A stretch of DNA of 38,087 nucleotides, taken from positions 1 to 38,087 of the forward strand of contig CAZAAM010000001.1 of NCBI GenBank assembly GCA_964483055.1, in the 5' to 3' direction. The stretch is from an uncultured Victivallales bacterium (GTDB lineage Bacteria > Verrucomicrobiota > Lentisphaeria > Victivallales > UBA1829). Of this stretch, positions 10,178 to 18,380 are shown piece by piece. Position 1 is the first letter of the stretch, and every line of letters starts with the position of its first letter. Below the pieces are notes generated by a model. That model worked only from the letters and a program-made list of their open reading frames with translations, was not told the origin of the DNA and did not search any database. Made by a program: the position numbers and the translations under genes.

Positions 10178-11079
10178 AGATCGCCCTTCGCGTCGACGTC
10201 GACACCTTCCGGGGAACGCGTCATGGCGTTCCCTCCCTGTTGCGCGCTATGGATCGCCACGGCGTCCGCGCCGCCTACTTCTTCTCCGTCGGACCGGATA
10301 ACATGGGACGGAATCTTTGGCGTCTCCTGAAGCCGACGTTCCTTTGGAAGATGCTTCGAACCAGCGCAGCCAGCCTCTATGGGCTCGACATCCTTCTCAT
10401 GGGAACTATGTGGCCTGGACCGCGCATCGGACGCCGCAACGAATCCGCGCTTCGCGACTGCGCGGCCGCCGGACATGAAATCGGTCTTCATGCGTGGGAT
10501 CATTACGCTTGGCAGAATAGAATCGATCAACTTGCCCCGGAGACGATCCGAACGCATCTGAGGCGCGCTTACGAGGAGATCGACCGCATCATCGGCACGC
10601 CGCCGACCTGTTCCGCCGCGCCTGGCTGGAAATGCGTCAACGCCGTCCTTCTCGCGAAGGAAGAGTTCCATTTCCAATATAACAGCGACTGCCGCGGAGA
10701 CAAGCCGTTTCTTCCTGTCGTTGAAGGCAAGCGTCTATCCACGCCGCAGATCCCGCTGAACATGCCGACCTATGACGAAATGCTCGGACGCGACGGAGTC
10801 ACCCGCGACAACTACAACGAGCGGCTCCTTGCGACAGCGAATCCGGACGGATTCAATCTTCTGACCATTCATGCCGAGTCCGAGGGAGGCGCATGCGCCG
10901 ATCTCTTCGACGACTTCCTTTCCATGGCGAAGGCGCGCGGGGTCGAATTCTGCGCGCCTGGCGACCTTCTTTCTTCCGCCCCTGCAGATTCTCTTCCCTC
11001 CGCTGAAATCGAGAAGGGCGTTCTTCCCGGACGCGAAGGCTGGCTGGCTCTGCAGAAGGATATCGTCCTGAGCGAGTGA
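10174..11079 (+). CDS. arnD: 4-deoxy-4-formamido-L-arabinose-phosphoundecaprenol deformylase (polysaccharide deacetylase fold)
   Basis: Track ORF 9790..11079; the ATG at 10174 overlaps the arnA stop (ATGA). [46 protein letters not shown] matches the ArnD N-terminus, and HAWDH is a metal-site His context. Confidence 0.9.
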   Translation: MKIALRVDVDTFRGTRHGVPSLLRAMDRHGVRAAYFFSVGPDNMGRNLWRLLKPTFLWKMLRTSAASLYGLDILLMGTMWPGPRIGRRNESALRDCAAAGHEIGLHAWDHYAWQNRIDQLAPETIRTHLRRAYEEIDRIIGTPPTCSAAPGWKCVNAVLLAKEEFHFQYNSDCRGDKPFLPVVEGKRLSTPQIPLNMPTYDEMLGRDGVTRDNYNERLLATANPDGFNLLTIHAESEGGACADLFDDFLSMAKARGVEFCAPGDLLSSAPADSLPSAEIEKGVLPGREGWLALQKDIVLSE

Positions 11080-11331
11080 GAGCGCAGCCTTCTTTCTCAA
11101 AAGAGCCGTATCGTACTCCTCCTTCGCGTCTCATGCCCGCGCCGAAATTCATGACCGAGTTCGCATCTCGCTTCCTTTCTATTCGCGGCCGTCGATGAGA
11201 AGGCTTGTCTGCGCCCTTTCTTGGGGAATGCCTGAATTCTCCTGCATTTCCACCGCCGCAGAGTATCTTGCGGCGGATCGCGAACGACGCATCGCCGCGA
11301 AACGCTCCGACAACGAACAGGATGAAGTCTC

Positions 11332-11360
11332 TTGACAACCGCATCGCGAGGCGCTACATT
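11332..11360 (+). promoter_or_regulatory. Candidate sigma-70 promoter, TTGACA-17 nt-TACATT
   Basis: TTGACA at 11332-11337 and TACATT at 11355-11360, about 55 nt before the ATG at 11414. That ATG has a GGAG SD. Confidence 0.4.
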
Positions 11361-11413
11361 TCTGCATTCTATTCAAGAAAACTGAGAGCGGACGCAAACA
11401 CGGAGCGAATCTT

Positions 11414-12013
11414 ATGAAGAACAATCCGACGAGGATTCTTGTCGTTCAAGGCGGCGGACGCCCCCATGGCAATACATCGCAACTTGTCAACGCATTTCTG
11501 GAAGGCGCAGAAAAGGCCGGTTGCGCAACGGAATGCGTCTCCCTTGCGAAGACGCAGGTCAATGGCTGCATCGGCTGCAACGCCTGTCGCTATGGCAAGC
11601 CGTGCGTGCAGAAGGACGCCTTCAATGATCTTGTTCCTTCGATTCGTGCGGCCGACGTGATCGTATTCGCCTCGCCGCTCTATTTCTGGACCCTCTCCTC
11701 GAAGCTCAAAGCGTTCATCGAGCGCTTCTACTGTCTCGCCGAAGAAGATCCGAATCCGCCCCTGGGTCGCTATGAGCGCTATCCCGTCAAGGACTGCGCG
11801 CTGCTCATGACCGCCGCGGACGACTTCTTTTGGACCTTCCGGCAGGCGGAATCCTATTATAAGTTCGCTATCGTAAACTACATCGGATTTCAAGACAGAG
11901 GCATGATCCTCGCCGGCGGATGCGGAGACACGAACGGCGGTCCGCGCATCTCCGCAACGAATCATTTGGATGCGGCCCGACGATTCGGAGCTTCCTTCGG
12001 AAGGATGGCATGA
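11414..12013 (+). CDS. Flavodoxin-fold NADPH-dependent FMN reductase family, iron-sulfur flavoprotein (Isf)-like
   Basis: RILVVQGGGRPHGNTSQL is an FMN-binding loop. The compact motif C-IG-C-NA-C-RYGKP-C (CX2CX2CX5C) matches the 4Fe-4S motif of Isf proteins. VIVFASPLYFW is also present. Confidence 0.8.
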   Translation: MKNNPTRILVVQGGGRPHGNTSQLVNAFLEGAEKAGCATECVSLAKTQVNGCIGCNACRYGKPCVQKDAFNDLVPSIRAADVIVFASPLYFWTLSSKLKAFIERFYCLAEEDPNPPLGRYERYPVKDCALLMTAADDFFWTFRQAESYYKFAIVNYIGFQDRGMILAGGCGDTNGGPRISATNHLDAARRFGASFGRMA

Positions 12014-12044
12014 CTCGTGGCGGAAAACTTGAAACCAGGCGAAA

Positions 12045-12836
12045 ATGGAAAAATGCAAAATGGACTGGAATCCCGCGCAATATCTGAAATTCGAACATGA
12101 AAGGACGCAGCCTGCACGCGATTTGGCGAACCGCGTCGACATCGATGAGCCGAAACTCGTTCTTGACTTGGGCTGCGGTCCAGGCAACAGTTCGATGGTT
12201 CTGAAACAGCGATTTCCTCATGCTCGAATCCTTGGCGTCGACAGTTCGCCGGACATGATCAAGCGCGCTCAAGCAAGCTTCCCCGACATTGAATTCCGTC
12301 TCTTCGACGCAACCGACGACTTTTCAGTCCTGGGTTCGAAATGGGACGTCCTCTTCTCCAATGCATGCTTGCAGTGGATTCCCGACCATCACTCGCTCCT
12401 GCCGCGTCTGATGCAGGCTCTGCGTCCTGGCGGCGTTCTCGCCGTACAGGTTCCCATGCAGTCCAAATCTCCCGTCCATCGTCTTATGCGCGAACTTGCG
12501 CAACGACCGGATCGACGCAAGCATCTTTCCGGCATACGCCCATTTCATCTTCTGACAGCCATTGATTATTGCGATATCCTGATGCAATGCGCAGCTTCCT
12601 TCTCCATTTGGGAGACGGATTATTTTCATATTCTTCCATCGCATCGCGCAATTCTGGAGTGGTATCGGGCGACAGGGCTTCGTCCGTATCTGACCGCCCT
12701 GCCCGAATTCATGCGGGAAGAATTCGAACAAGATCTCTTGAAGGGCGTCGAAGCATCCTTTCCTGCGCTCAAAAACGATTCCGTGCTCTTCCCCTTCCCC
12801 CGCCTTTTCTTCGTTGCAAAAAAACAAGCTCTCTGA
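12045..12836 (+). CDS. tam: Trans-aconitate 2-methyltransferase-like class I SAM methyltransferase
   Basis: MDWNPAQYLKFEHERTQPARDL resembles the Tam N-terminus, and the SAM motif VLDLGCGPGNSS is present. The true start may be the ATG at 12060 (MDWNP). Confidence 0.75.
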   Translation: MEKCKMDWNPAQYLKFEHERTQPARDLANRVDIDEPKLVLDLGCGPGNSSMVLKQRFPHARILGVDSSPDMIKRAQASFPDIEFRLFDATDDFSVLGSKWDVLFSNACLQWIPDHHSLLPRLMQALRPGGVLAVQVPMQSKSPVHRLMRELAQRPDRRKHLSGIRPFHLLTAIDYCDILMQCAASFSIWETDYFHILPSHRAILEWYRATGLRPYLTALPEFMREEFEQDLLKGVEASFPALKNDSVLFPFPRLFFVAKKQAL

Positions 12837-13774
12837 CTGCCGCCGAATGCCGCGGTTGTTTCGCGCCTTCGCTTCTCTCTCGCAATAATCAACTCTCCCT
12901 TCTTTCGCAGTCTCTCCGATTTCGGCGTCTTTCTTGCGCGGACGGATCGGCTCCGCGCGGCGCCTGCTTCAGGCGAGTTTGGGGAAATAAGAAGGAAAGG
13001 AGTCTTTCGTAAAAAGATCTTTCAGGTGCGACACGCCTTTTCCTTATGAACGTTCTTTTGCGTGCACAAATTTGAAAAAGGGAGGGAAGCGCGTCCTTGG
13101 CATCTTCGGACGACTCGACATCAACATGCCGTCTCCTTGTCCGCGGGAAGGCCGGAGCGACTGCTTCCACATCCGGAAAGGTCCTCTTTACAGAAAATGA
13201 TTCGAAAGTTTCCTCTTAAGCATCGCCGGATCGCTTGCGACAAGCGCAACTGCGTCTCGAGAACGGCGAAGGACAATAAGTTTCAATTTCATAAAAGACA
13301 TGAGCTTAACGATTTCAACCGTTTCCGCATTCCGTTTCTTCGCCCGCCCCTGTCGCTCCGTATTTCGGAGTCGGCATGTCAGCGCAAAACGGCACGGAGG
13401 AGCCCATCATGGAACTCTGTCCTTGTGAGTCATAGGCGCTTTTCTGTTTCTTGCGCTACAGGCTCTTCCTTCCGGACTTGAATCGCGTTTTGAATCTTGA
13501 TTTCCAGAATGCGACTGCGTTCTGCGCCTTCTGGATTTTTTGCGAGGGAGCTCTTCCCGAAGCGTCTCCAGCACATCGGACTTGTCGTTCTTATATGGAG
13601 CGCAATGGCGCTTGAGGTCGTCAGATCGATGCGCACATGACGCAAAAAGAAAAAAGCCGTTTCACCCTTGCGCTCGTCCCCCTGGTCGCTCTGACTCGTT
13701 CTGAATCCGTTCGCATTCTTCGTGTTCCATTTTATCGCGTCGATCGGAATTTACGCAGGCGGGAGCCGAGCCGC

Positions 13775-14656
13775 TCACTGTTCCGTGTCGGCCGCCTTGC
13801 GCCCCTTGGTCAATGAAAAAAGAAAGGATGCCAGAAAGATCGCGCAGGAGCAAAGCACGACGGCAGCGCCTGCTGGCATCCGTACGGATTCTTGCGCGGA
13901 GAGGACGAGTCCCGCCGCGCAAGAGACGATGCTGACAAGCATGGAACACCAAAAAACGCCTTTCGACGTGCGCACGAAGTTGCGCGCCGATGCTGCCGGT
14001 ACGATCAAAATCGCCGTTACAAGCAGTACGCCGACCGCGCGAACGCTGAAGATGACGACCAAGGAGAGAAGAGCCGCAAAGACGTATTGGATGGCGCGGA
14101 GCGGAATACGATGAACGGCGGCGATTTGCGGACTTACGGAAATGTTCAGCATCCGGTTCCACGTGAAAAACTGGAAAAGGAGAAATGCGACGAGCAGAAG
14201 CGCAAGCGCGACGATCTCCGCATCGCCGATTGTCAGAATGTCGCCAAAGAGAAACATGTTGATGCTGGTCGCCGCCTCTCGGCTTCCGCTGACGACGGCC
14301 AGACCGAACGCGACGACGGCGGAAAAGACGATTCCGATGGCAGTGTCCGAGGAAAGGCGGCTCTCCCGCTTCAGCCACATGATAAGCAGACCGATGGCAA
14401 GCGCAAGCGCGGGCATCGTAAAGTCGATGGAGATTCCGAGGACGAGTCCGATCGCGGCGCCCGCGAATGCGGAATGCCCGATCGCATCGGAAAAGAACGC
14501 CATCCTGGAATTCACGACATGAACCCCGGAAAGCGCTGCGAGGGGAGCGATCAAAAGAAGTCCAAGAAATGCGCGCCGCATGAAAAGCGGCTCCATGCAA
14601 TCAAATGGGAGCAGATAGGATGCTGCGTCGGCAATGCGGAGAATCAGTTCGTGCAT
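13775..14656 (-). CDS. Metal (Zn/Mn/Fe) ABC transporter permease, ABC-3 family (ZnuB/TroC-like)
   Basis: Multi-TM product with ABC-3-type text (FMRRAFLGLLLIAPLAALSGVHVVNSRMAFFSDAIGHSAFAG). It overlaps the upstream ATPase gene by 13 nt. Confidence 0.9.
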   Translation of the reverse strand: MHELILRIADAASYLLPFDCMEPLFMRRAFLGLLLIAPLAALSGVHVVNSRMAFFSDAIGHSAFAGAAIGLVLGISIDFTMPALALAIGLLIMWLKRESRLSSDTAIGIVFSAVVAFGLAVVSGSREAATSINMFLFGDILTIGDAEIVALALLLVAFLLFQFFTWNRMLNISVSPQIAAVHRIPLRAIQYVFAALLSLVVIFSVRAVGVLLVTAILIVPAASARNFVRTSKGVFWCSMLVSIVSCAAGLVLSAQESVRMPAGAAVVLCSCAIFLASFLFSLTKGRKAADTEQ

Positions 14657-15492
14657 TCTTCCTCTTCCTTCCGATGATGACAGTGGTCATGCAGATGGGC
14701 GTGTTCGCGGGCGAGCGGACAGGACGGCGGACATTCTAAAATATTCGCCGGAAGGCCATGAATGTCCGGCAGTCCGAGATGAAGGCCAAAAGTTTCCGCA
14801 AGAGCCTTGTGCGTCAGGACTTCATGAGGCTTTCCGAATGCGGTTGCCGTACGATTCAGGCAAAGGACGCGATCCGCGTGCGCCGTGACGATCGCCAGAT
14901 CGTGACAAATCATGATTTGAGTGAAGGAACGTGTTTCATGAATCCGACGGAGCAGTTCGCAACAGAGACGTCCTCCCTTGAGATCGACTCCGCTCGTCGG
15001 CTCGTCCAGAATCAGGATATCCGGCTCCTGCAAGAGCGCTTGAGCCAGCAATACGCGCTGGATTTCGCCGCCGGAAAGAGCTCCGAAGCGACGGTTCGCA
15101 AGATGCGAGCATTCGACGTCTTCCAAAATGGCGTCGATGCGCGAAAGAAGCCGTTTCGACGGACCGAGAAACAGCGGCTTGCGCTGAATGCCGGAAAGCA
15201 GATATTCGATTACGGTCATCGGCATGTTCCGATCGAACTGCAAATGCTGCGGCACAAAGCCGAAACGCGGTGCGCGACCCTCCGCTTCGGCAGCGGGGAA
15301 CGCTATGCGCCCCTCGTAGGGCAGCTGGTTCAGCATGGCAAGCGTGAGCGTCGTTTTCCCAGCGCCGTTCGGCCCGACGATCGCCGTCGAAAGCCCCTGC
15401 GGAATGGAAGCGCAGACATCGTCGAGAATCCGATTTTCCGCCAGCTTGACGGAGACATGTTCCAAGCGGACGGCGGCAAGACGCTCTCTCAT
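14644..15492 (-). CDS. Metal ABC transporter ATP-binding protein (ZnuC-like) with His/Cys-rich tail
   Basis: Walker A GPNGAGKTTL, signature LSGGEIQRV, Walker B ILILDEP. The C-terminal 30 aa are CPPSCPLAREHAHLHDHCHHRKEEEECTN. 4-nt overlap with the binding-protein gene. Confidence 0.9.
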   Translation of the reverse strand: MRERLAAVRLEHVSVKLAENRILDDVCASIPQGLSTAIVGPNGAGKTTLTLAMLNQLPYEGRIAFPAAEAEGRAPRFGFVPQHLQFDRNMPMTVIEYLLSGIQRKPLFLGPSKRLLSRIDAILEDVECSHLANRRFGALSGGEIQRVLLAQALLQEPDILILDEPTSGVDLKGGRLCCELLRRIHETRSFTQIMICHDLAIVTAHADRVLCLNRTATAFGKPHEVLTHKALAETFGLHLGLPDIHGLPANILECPPSCPLAREHAHLHDHCHHRKEEEECTN

Positions 15493-16433
15493 CGCAACGC
15501 CTCCTTCAGCGTCTCAAGATTCGCCTTCATTACTTCTTCATAGAGACCGGGGGGCGGATTGTCCGAACCGCTTGAGCATGGGTCGAGCTTCCGCACGCGG
15601 CGAACTCCGGACTCCGACGCAAGAATATTCGCAATCTTTTCCGGATATTGCGGTTCCGTAAAAATCGCATAAACATTTTCCTGTTCGAAAACGCGTTTCA
15701 GCTCGGAAAGTTCAGCAGGAGAAAGCGGAACATCCGGATTCGCTGCAATGGAAAGCGGAGGCCGCAATCCGGAATCGCGAAACAGATAGTCGAAGACGTC
15801 GTGCTGAGCTGCAGTCGCAACATCCTTTGCAAATGCCAGCTCTCTGCGGAAAGATTCGGCGAGGGCCGCTAGACGCGCATCCTGCTCTTCGCCATTCTTC
15901 CGGATTCGCTCCGCCTCCTCGGGGGTCGCTGCGTACGGGATCAGCGCTTCGACAATGTTGCGAACAATCGTCCTTGCCTGCTCCGGACTTGCAAAGAAAT
16001 GCCCGTTGACCGTGTGGACGTGCGACGCCCCTTCCATGTCCTCGCAGCGCTCGCCTGCTCTTTCGATGGGCGTCAGTCCGGCGGAGGCGTCGATCACGCG
16101 GACATCGCCGCCGGCCGCCTTTGCCGCGCGAATCGCGGAGTCGTCCAAACCGGAGCCGTTTGTCAGAAGAAGAATCCTGCCGGAAGAGATCTTGGCCAGA
16201 TCGGATGGCGAAACAACGTAGTCATGGGGACATCCGGCCGATGGCGGAATGAGAATTTCAGGAACAATCGATGTTCCGCGAGTCGCTTCGCGCGAGAAAA
16301 TCCAAATGGGATACGTCGTCGCGCAAACAATGAGCTTGTCCGTTCCGCTCCAGCTCGCGCGGCGGCGAATCGAAAGACAGACGGCTGCGGCGCAGACTGC
16401 AAGCAGAATCGCAAGAACAAGCAGTTTCTTCAT
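15489..16433 (-). CDS. Cluster-9 periplasmic metal-binding protein (ZnuA/TroA-like)
   Basis: N-terminal signal/anchor MKKLLVLAILLAVCAAAV. PHDY, SHVHTVNGHFF and FTEPQYP are typical ZnuA/TroA metal-site and C-lobe text. GGAGG SD 9 nt before the ATG. Confidence 0.85.
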   Translation of the reverse strand: MKKLLVLAILLAVCAAAVCLSIRRRASWSGTDKLIVCATTYPIWIFSREATRGTSIVPEILIPPSAGCPHDYVVSPSDLAKISSGRILLLTNGSGLDDSAIRAAKAAGGDVRVIDASAGLTPIERAGERCEDMEGASHVHTVNGHFFASPEQARTIVRNIVEALIPYAATPEEAERIRKNGEEQDARLAALAESFRRELAFAKDVATAAQHDVFDYLFRDSGLRPPLSIAANPDVPLSPAELSELKRVFEQENVYAIFTEPQYPEKIANILASESGVRRVRKLDPCSSGSDNPPPGLYEEVMKANLETLKEALR

Positions 16434-16465
16434 AAAAGCCTTCCTCCATTTTTGAAAGCCCTATC

Positions 16466-16493
16466 ATTATACATGAAAATCCCGTTTTTTCAA
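16466..16493 (-). promoter_or_regulatory. Candidate sigma-70 promoter of the metal-uptake operon, TTGAAA-16 nt-TATAAT
   Basis: The minus strand reads TTGAAA (16493-16488) and TATAAT (16471-16466). A short palindrome TCATGTATAATGA (16464-16476) spans the -10 and could be a metalloregulator site. Confidence 0.5.
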
Positions 16494-16670
16494 GTGTGAA
16501 GCGATGCCTTTTCCCCATCCAAAAACGAACCGCTTGTCGCAGGTTCTTCCGAAATCGCGCATCATTGCAGATGAAAATTCCGTGCCTCCATGCTATAGTA
16601 TCGGAATACTGTGAGCGCGTGCACGCGCGCGCTTCGAAAGCTCCTGCAACGGCATTCCGGAGGGAAAAAA

Positions 16671-17399
16671 ATGAAACGCCAGGACGACTCGCGGAATCAT
16701 GCGAGATTCATCAAAATGACATTGACTATCATAATCTTCTGTCACTATTTGATTGCGACGGCTCTTCTTGCCGCAGGATGCGCGGCATCCGACGATTATG
16801 CAATCTTCAAGGCGTTTCCGATATCGACCGAGCCTGCGTCCCCATGGTCGAATCCCGACGATGAGACATTTACGCCGTTCCAGCTCGCGCCGGTCTGCGC
16901 TCCATACGGCTGCCTCTTTCCGCTTCGGGCGAGCATCTTCGGAATTGGAATCGGCGCGATTCTTTCCCCTTTGGACCTTTATGGACTCGGACTTGCGGGC
17001 GGCACGTTCGCCGGAAGCCATGCAGGCGTTCTCGCTTCGGCGCTTCTCGTCTCCGACAGCGGATATGGAATCACCCTTTCGCTCGCATCGAATCAAACTC
17101 GAAACTATGGACTTGCGATTGGAGCGCTGAACATGGTCAGGGAAAACTTCGGAGCGATGATCGGCCTTGTCAACAAGAATGACGACGTGCTTTATCCTTT
17201 CGTTTCCGACGCGGCGGACGACCCAACGGAAAGCGCGTTCAACATTCAGATCGGACTCTTCAACTCCTGCCATCACGGTCTGCAGATCGGGCTGCTGAAT
17301 TATAATTCACGCGCCTTGATTTCCTGGATGCCGATTTTCAATTTCGCACCATTTCAACACGAAAAAGACCATGACGGCGACAGCGATCAGTCGCTCTAA
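16671..17399 (+). CDS. Lipoprotein with Gly/Leu/Asn-rich surface repeats (GLQIGLLN-type)
   Basis: Track ORF 16611..17399; the ATG at 16671 follows GGAGGG. Lipobox LLAAGC. The C-terminal half has repeats GLAIGALNMV, MIGLVNKN, IQIGLFNS, GLQIGLLNYN, ending in PIFNF. Confidence 0.7.
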   Translation: MKRQDDSRNHARFIKMTLTIIIFCHYLIATALLAAGCAASDDYAIFKAFPISTEPASPWSNPDDETFTPFQLAPVCAPYGCLFPLRASIFGIGIGAILSPLDLYGLGLAGGTFAGSHAGVLASALLVSDSGYGITLSLASNQTRNYGLAIGALNMVRENFGAMIGLVNKNDDVLYPFVSDAADDPTESAFNIQIGLFNSCHHGLQIGLLNYNSRALISWMPIFNFAPFQHEKDHDGDSDQSL

Positions 17400-17498
17400 G
17401 CGCCGCTTCTCAAAGCAGGTGCGAAGACGTCCGGTTTTCATTTATTTTTCTCTCGTTTTCCTTTTTATTTTTTCTCTTCATTTTTTCTCAAATACCGC

Positions 17499-17526
17499 TT
17501 GACACCGCAAGATGAGCCACTATATT
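17499..17526 (+). promoter_or_regulatory. Candidate sigma-70 promoter of nrdG-nrdD, TTGACA-16 nt-TATATT, preceded by a T-rich tract
   Basis: TTGACA at 17499-17504 and TATATT at 17521-17526. A T/C-rich tract of about 55 nt (17437-17490) lies immediately upstream. Confidence 0.5.
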
Positions 17527-17535
17527 ACAATGTAA

Positions 17536-17551
17536 ACACAAGATATTGTGG
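17536..17551 (+). promoter_or_regulatory. NrdR-box-like 16-bp palindrome ACACAAGATATTGTGG
   Basis: Matches the published NrdR consensus acaCwAtATaTwGtgt at 14 of 16 positions (hand alignment). It sits 10 nt downstream of the -10 hexamer of the nrdG promoter candidate. A half-matching element CCACTATAT overlaps the -10. Confidence 0.5.
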
Positions 17552-17603
17552 AACGCCAATCTATTCGATTTATTAGAACCGCATCCGAAAAAAGTTGTGA
17601 ATC

Positions 17604-18305
17604 ATGGCGAAAACGAACCTCAGGCTCCGGAAGCTGACACTGCTGGACTTCCCCGGGAAAACGGCATGCACCGTTTTCACCGAGGGTTGCAATTTCCGCT
17701 GTCCCTTCTGCCATAACGGCTCCCTGGTTCTTGGAACGGAGTCGCAGGACGACGCGCTGTCGCAAGAGGACGTTCTCGCCTTTTTAAAAAAGCGCAGGGG
17801 GCTTTTGGACGGAGTCTGCATCACCGGCGGCGAACCAACCCTCCTTGCCGAGCTTTCTGACTTGATTTCCGCGATTCGCGAACTTGGCTTCGCCGTCAAG
17901 CTGGACACGAACGGTTCGCGGCCTGACGCGCTGAAGAATTTTGTCAAGGAAGGGCTTTTGGATTACGTCGCAATGGATGTCAAGCATGCGCCTGAACGCT
18001 ATGCGGACGCCATCGGCGTTTCCGGCTTCCTTGACGAGGTGCAGGAAAGCGTCGCTTTCCTGCTGACGAACGCCGTCCCGTGCGAATTCCGAACGACTGT
18101 CGTTCATCCTCTTCATACGGAAGAGGACTTCGATGCGATCGGGCGCTGGATCGCCGGCGCTAAGCGCTATTTTCTCCAATCGTTCGTCGATTCCGGCGAT
18201 CTTCTGAACGGCGCGGGTCTCTCGGCCGCGCCGAAGGAGCGAATGGAGCGATACCGGGAAATCGTCTCCGCCTACGTACCGAATGTCGAAATACGGGGCG
18301 TCTGA
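17604..18305 (+). CDS. nrdG: Anaerobic ribonucleoside-triphosphate reductase activating protein (radical SAM)
   Basis: LLDFPGKTACTVFTEGCNFRCPFCHN (CX3CX2C cluster) and ITGGEPTL. It is adjacent to nrdD. Confidence 0.9.
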   Translation: MAKTNLRLRKLTLLDFPGKTACTVFTEGCNFRCPFCHNGSLVLGTESQDDALSQEDVLAFLKKRRGLLDGVCITGGEPTLLAELSDLISAIRELGFAVKLDTNGSRPDALKNFVKEGLLDYVAMDVKHAPERYADAIGVSGFLDEVQESVAFLLTNAVPCEFRTTVVHPLHTEEDFDAIGRWIAGAKRYFLQSFVDSGDLLNGAGLSAAPKERMERYREIVSAYVPNVEIRGV

Positions 18306-18380
18306 CCGAAAATTCAGAAAAAACGATTATTATAGAACAACTCTATCAAACCGCTAACAGCGAAAAATCGGGGAAACACC

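Noticed and set aside
11253-11276. GC-rich hairpin CCGCCGCA-8 nt-TGCGGCGG after arnD, considered as an intrinsic terminator.
   Set aside because: No U-tract follows it. It is kept only as a note inside the arn finding.
13461-13480. The minus strand reads CAAGUCCGGAAGGAAGAGCC, which resembles the SRP (4.5S) RNA helix-8 core GGUCCGGAAGGAAGCAGCC.
   Set aside because: The conserved AGCA loop is missing one nucleotide. I could not pair the flanking sequence into the long SRP hairpin. It is probably a chance CCGGAAGG palindrome-like string.
13062-13481. 139-aa plus ORF, along with 12889..13170- and 13430..13645-, in the long spacer.
   Set aside because: They have basic, low-complexity composition, no SD-ATG context and no recognisable motifs. 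They are treated as non-coding pending a search.
17502-17517. A second NrdR box at the canonical distance of about 31 bp upstream of the strong box.
   Set aside because: It matches the consensus at only about 8 of 16 positions. Only the ACAC left end fits.
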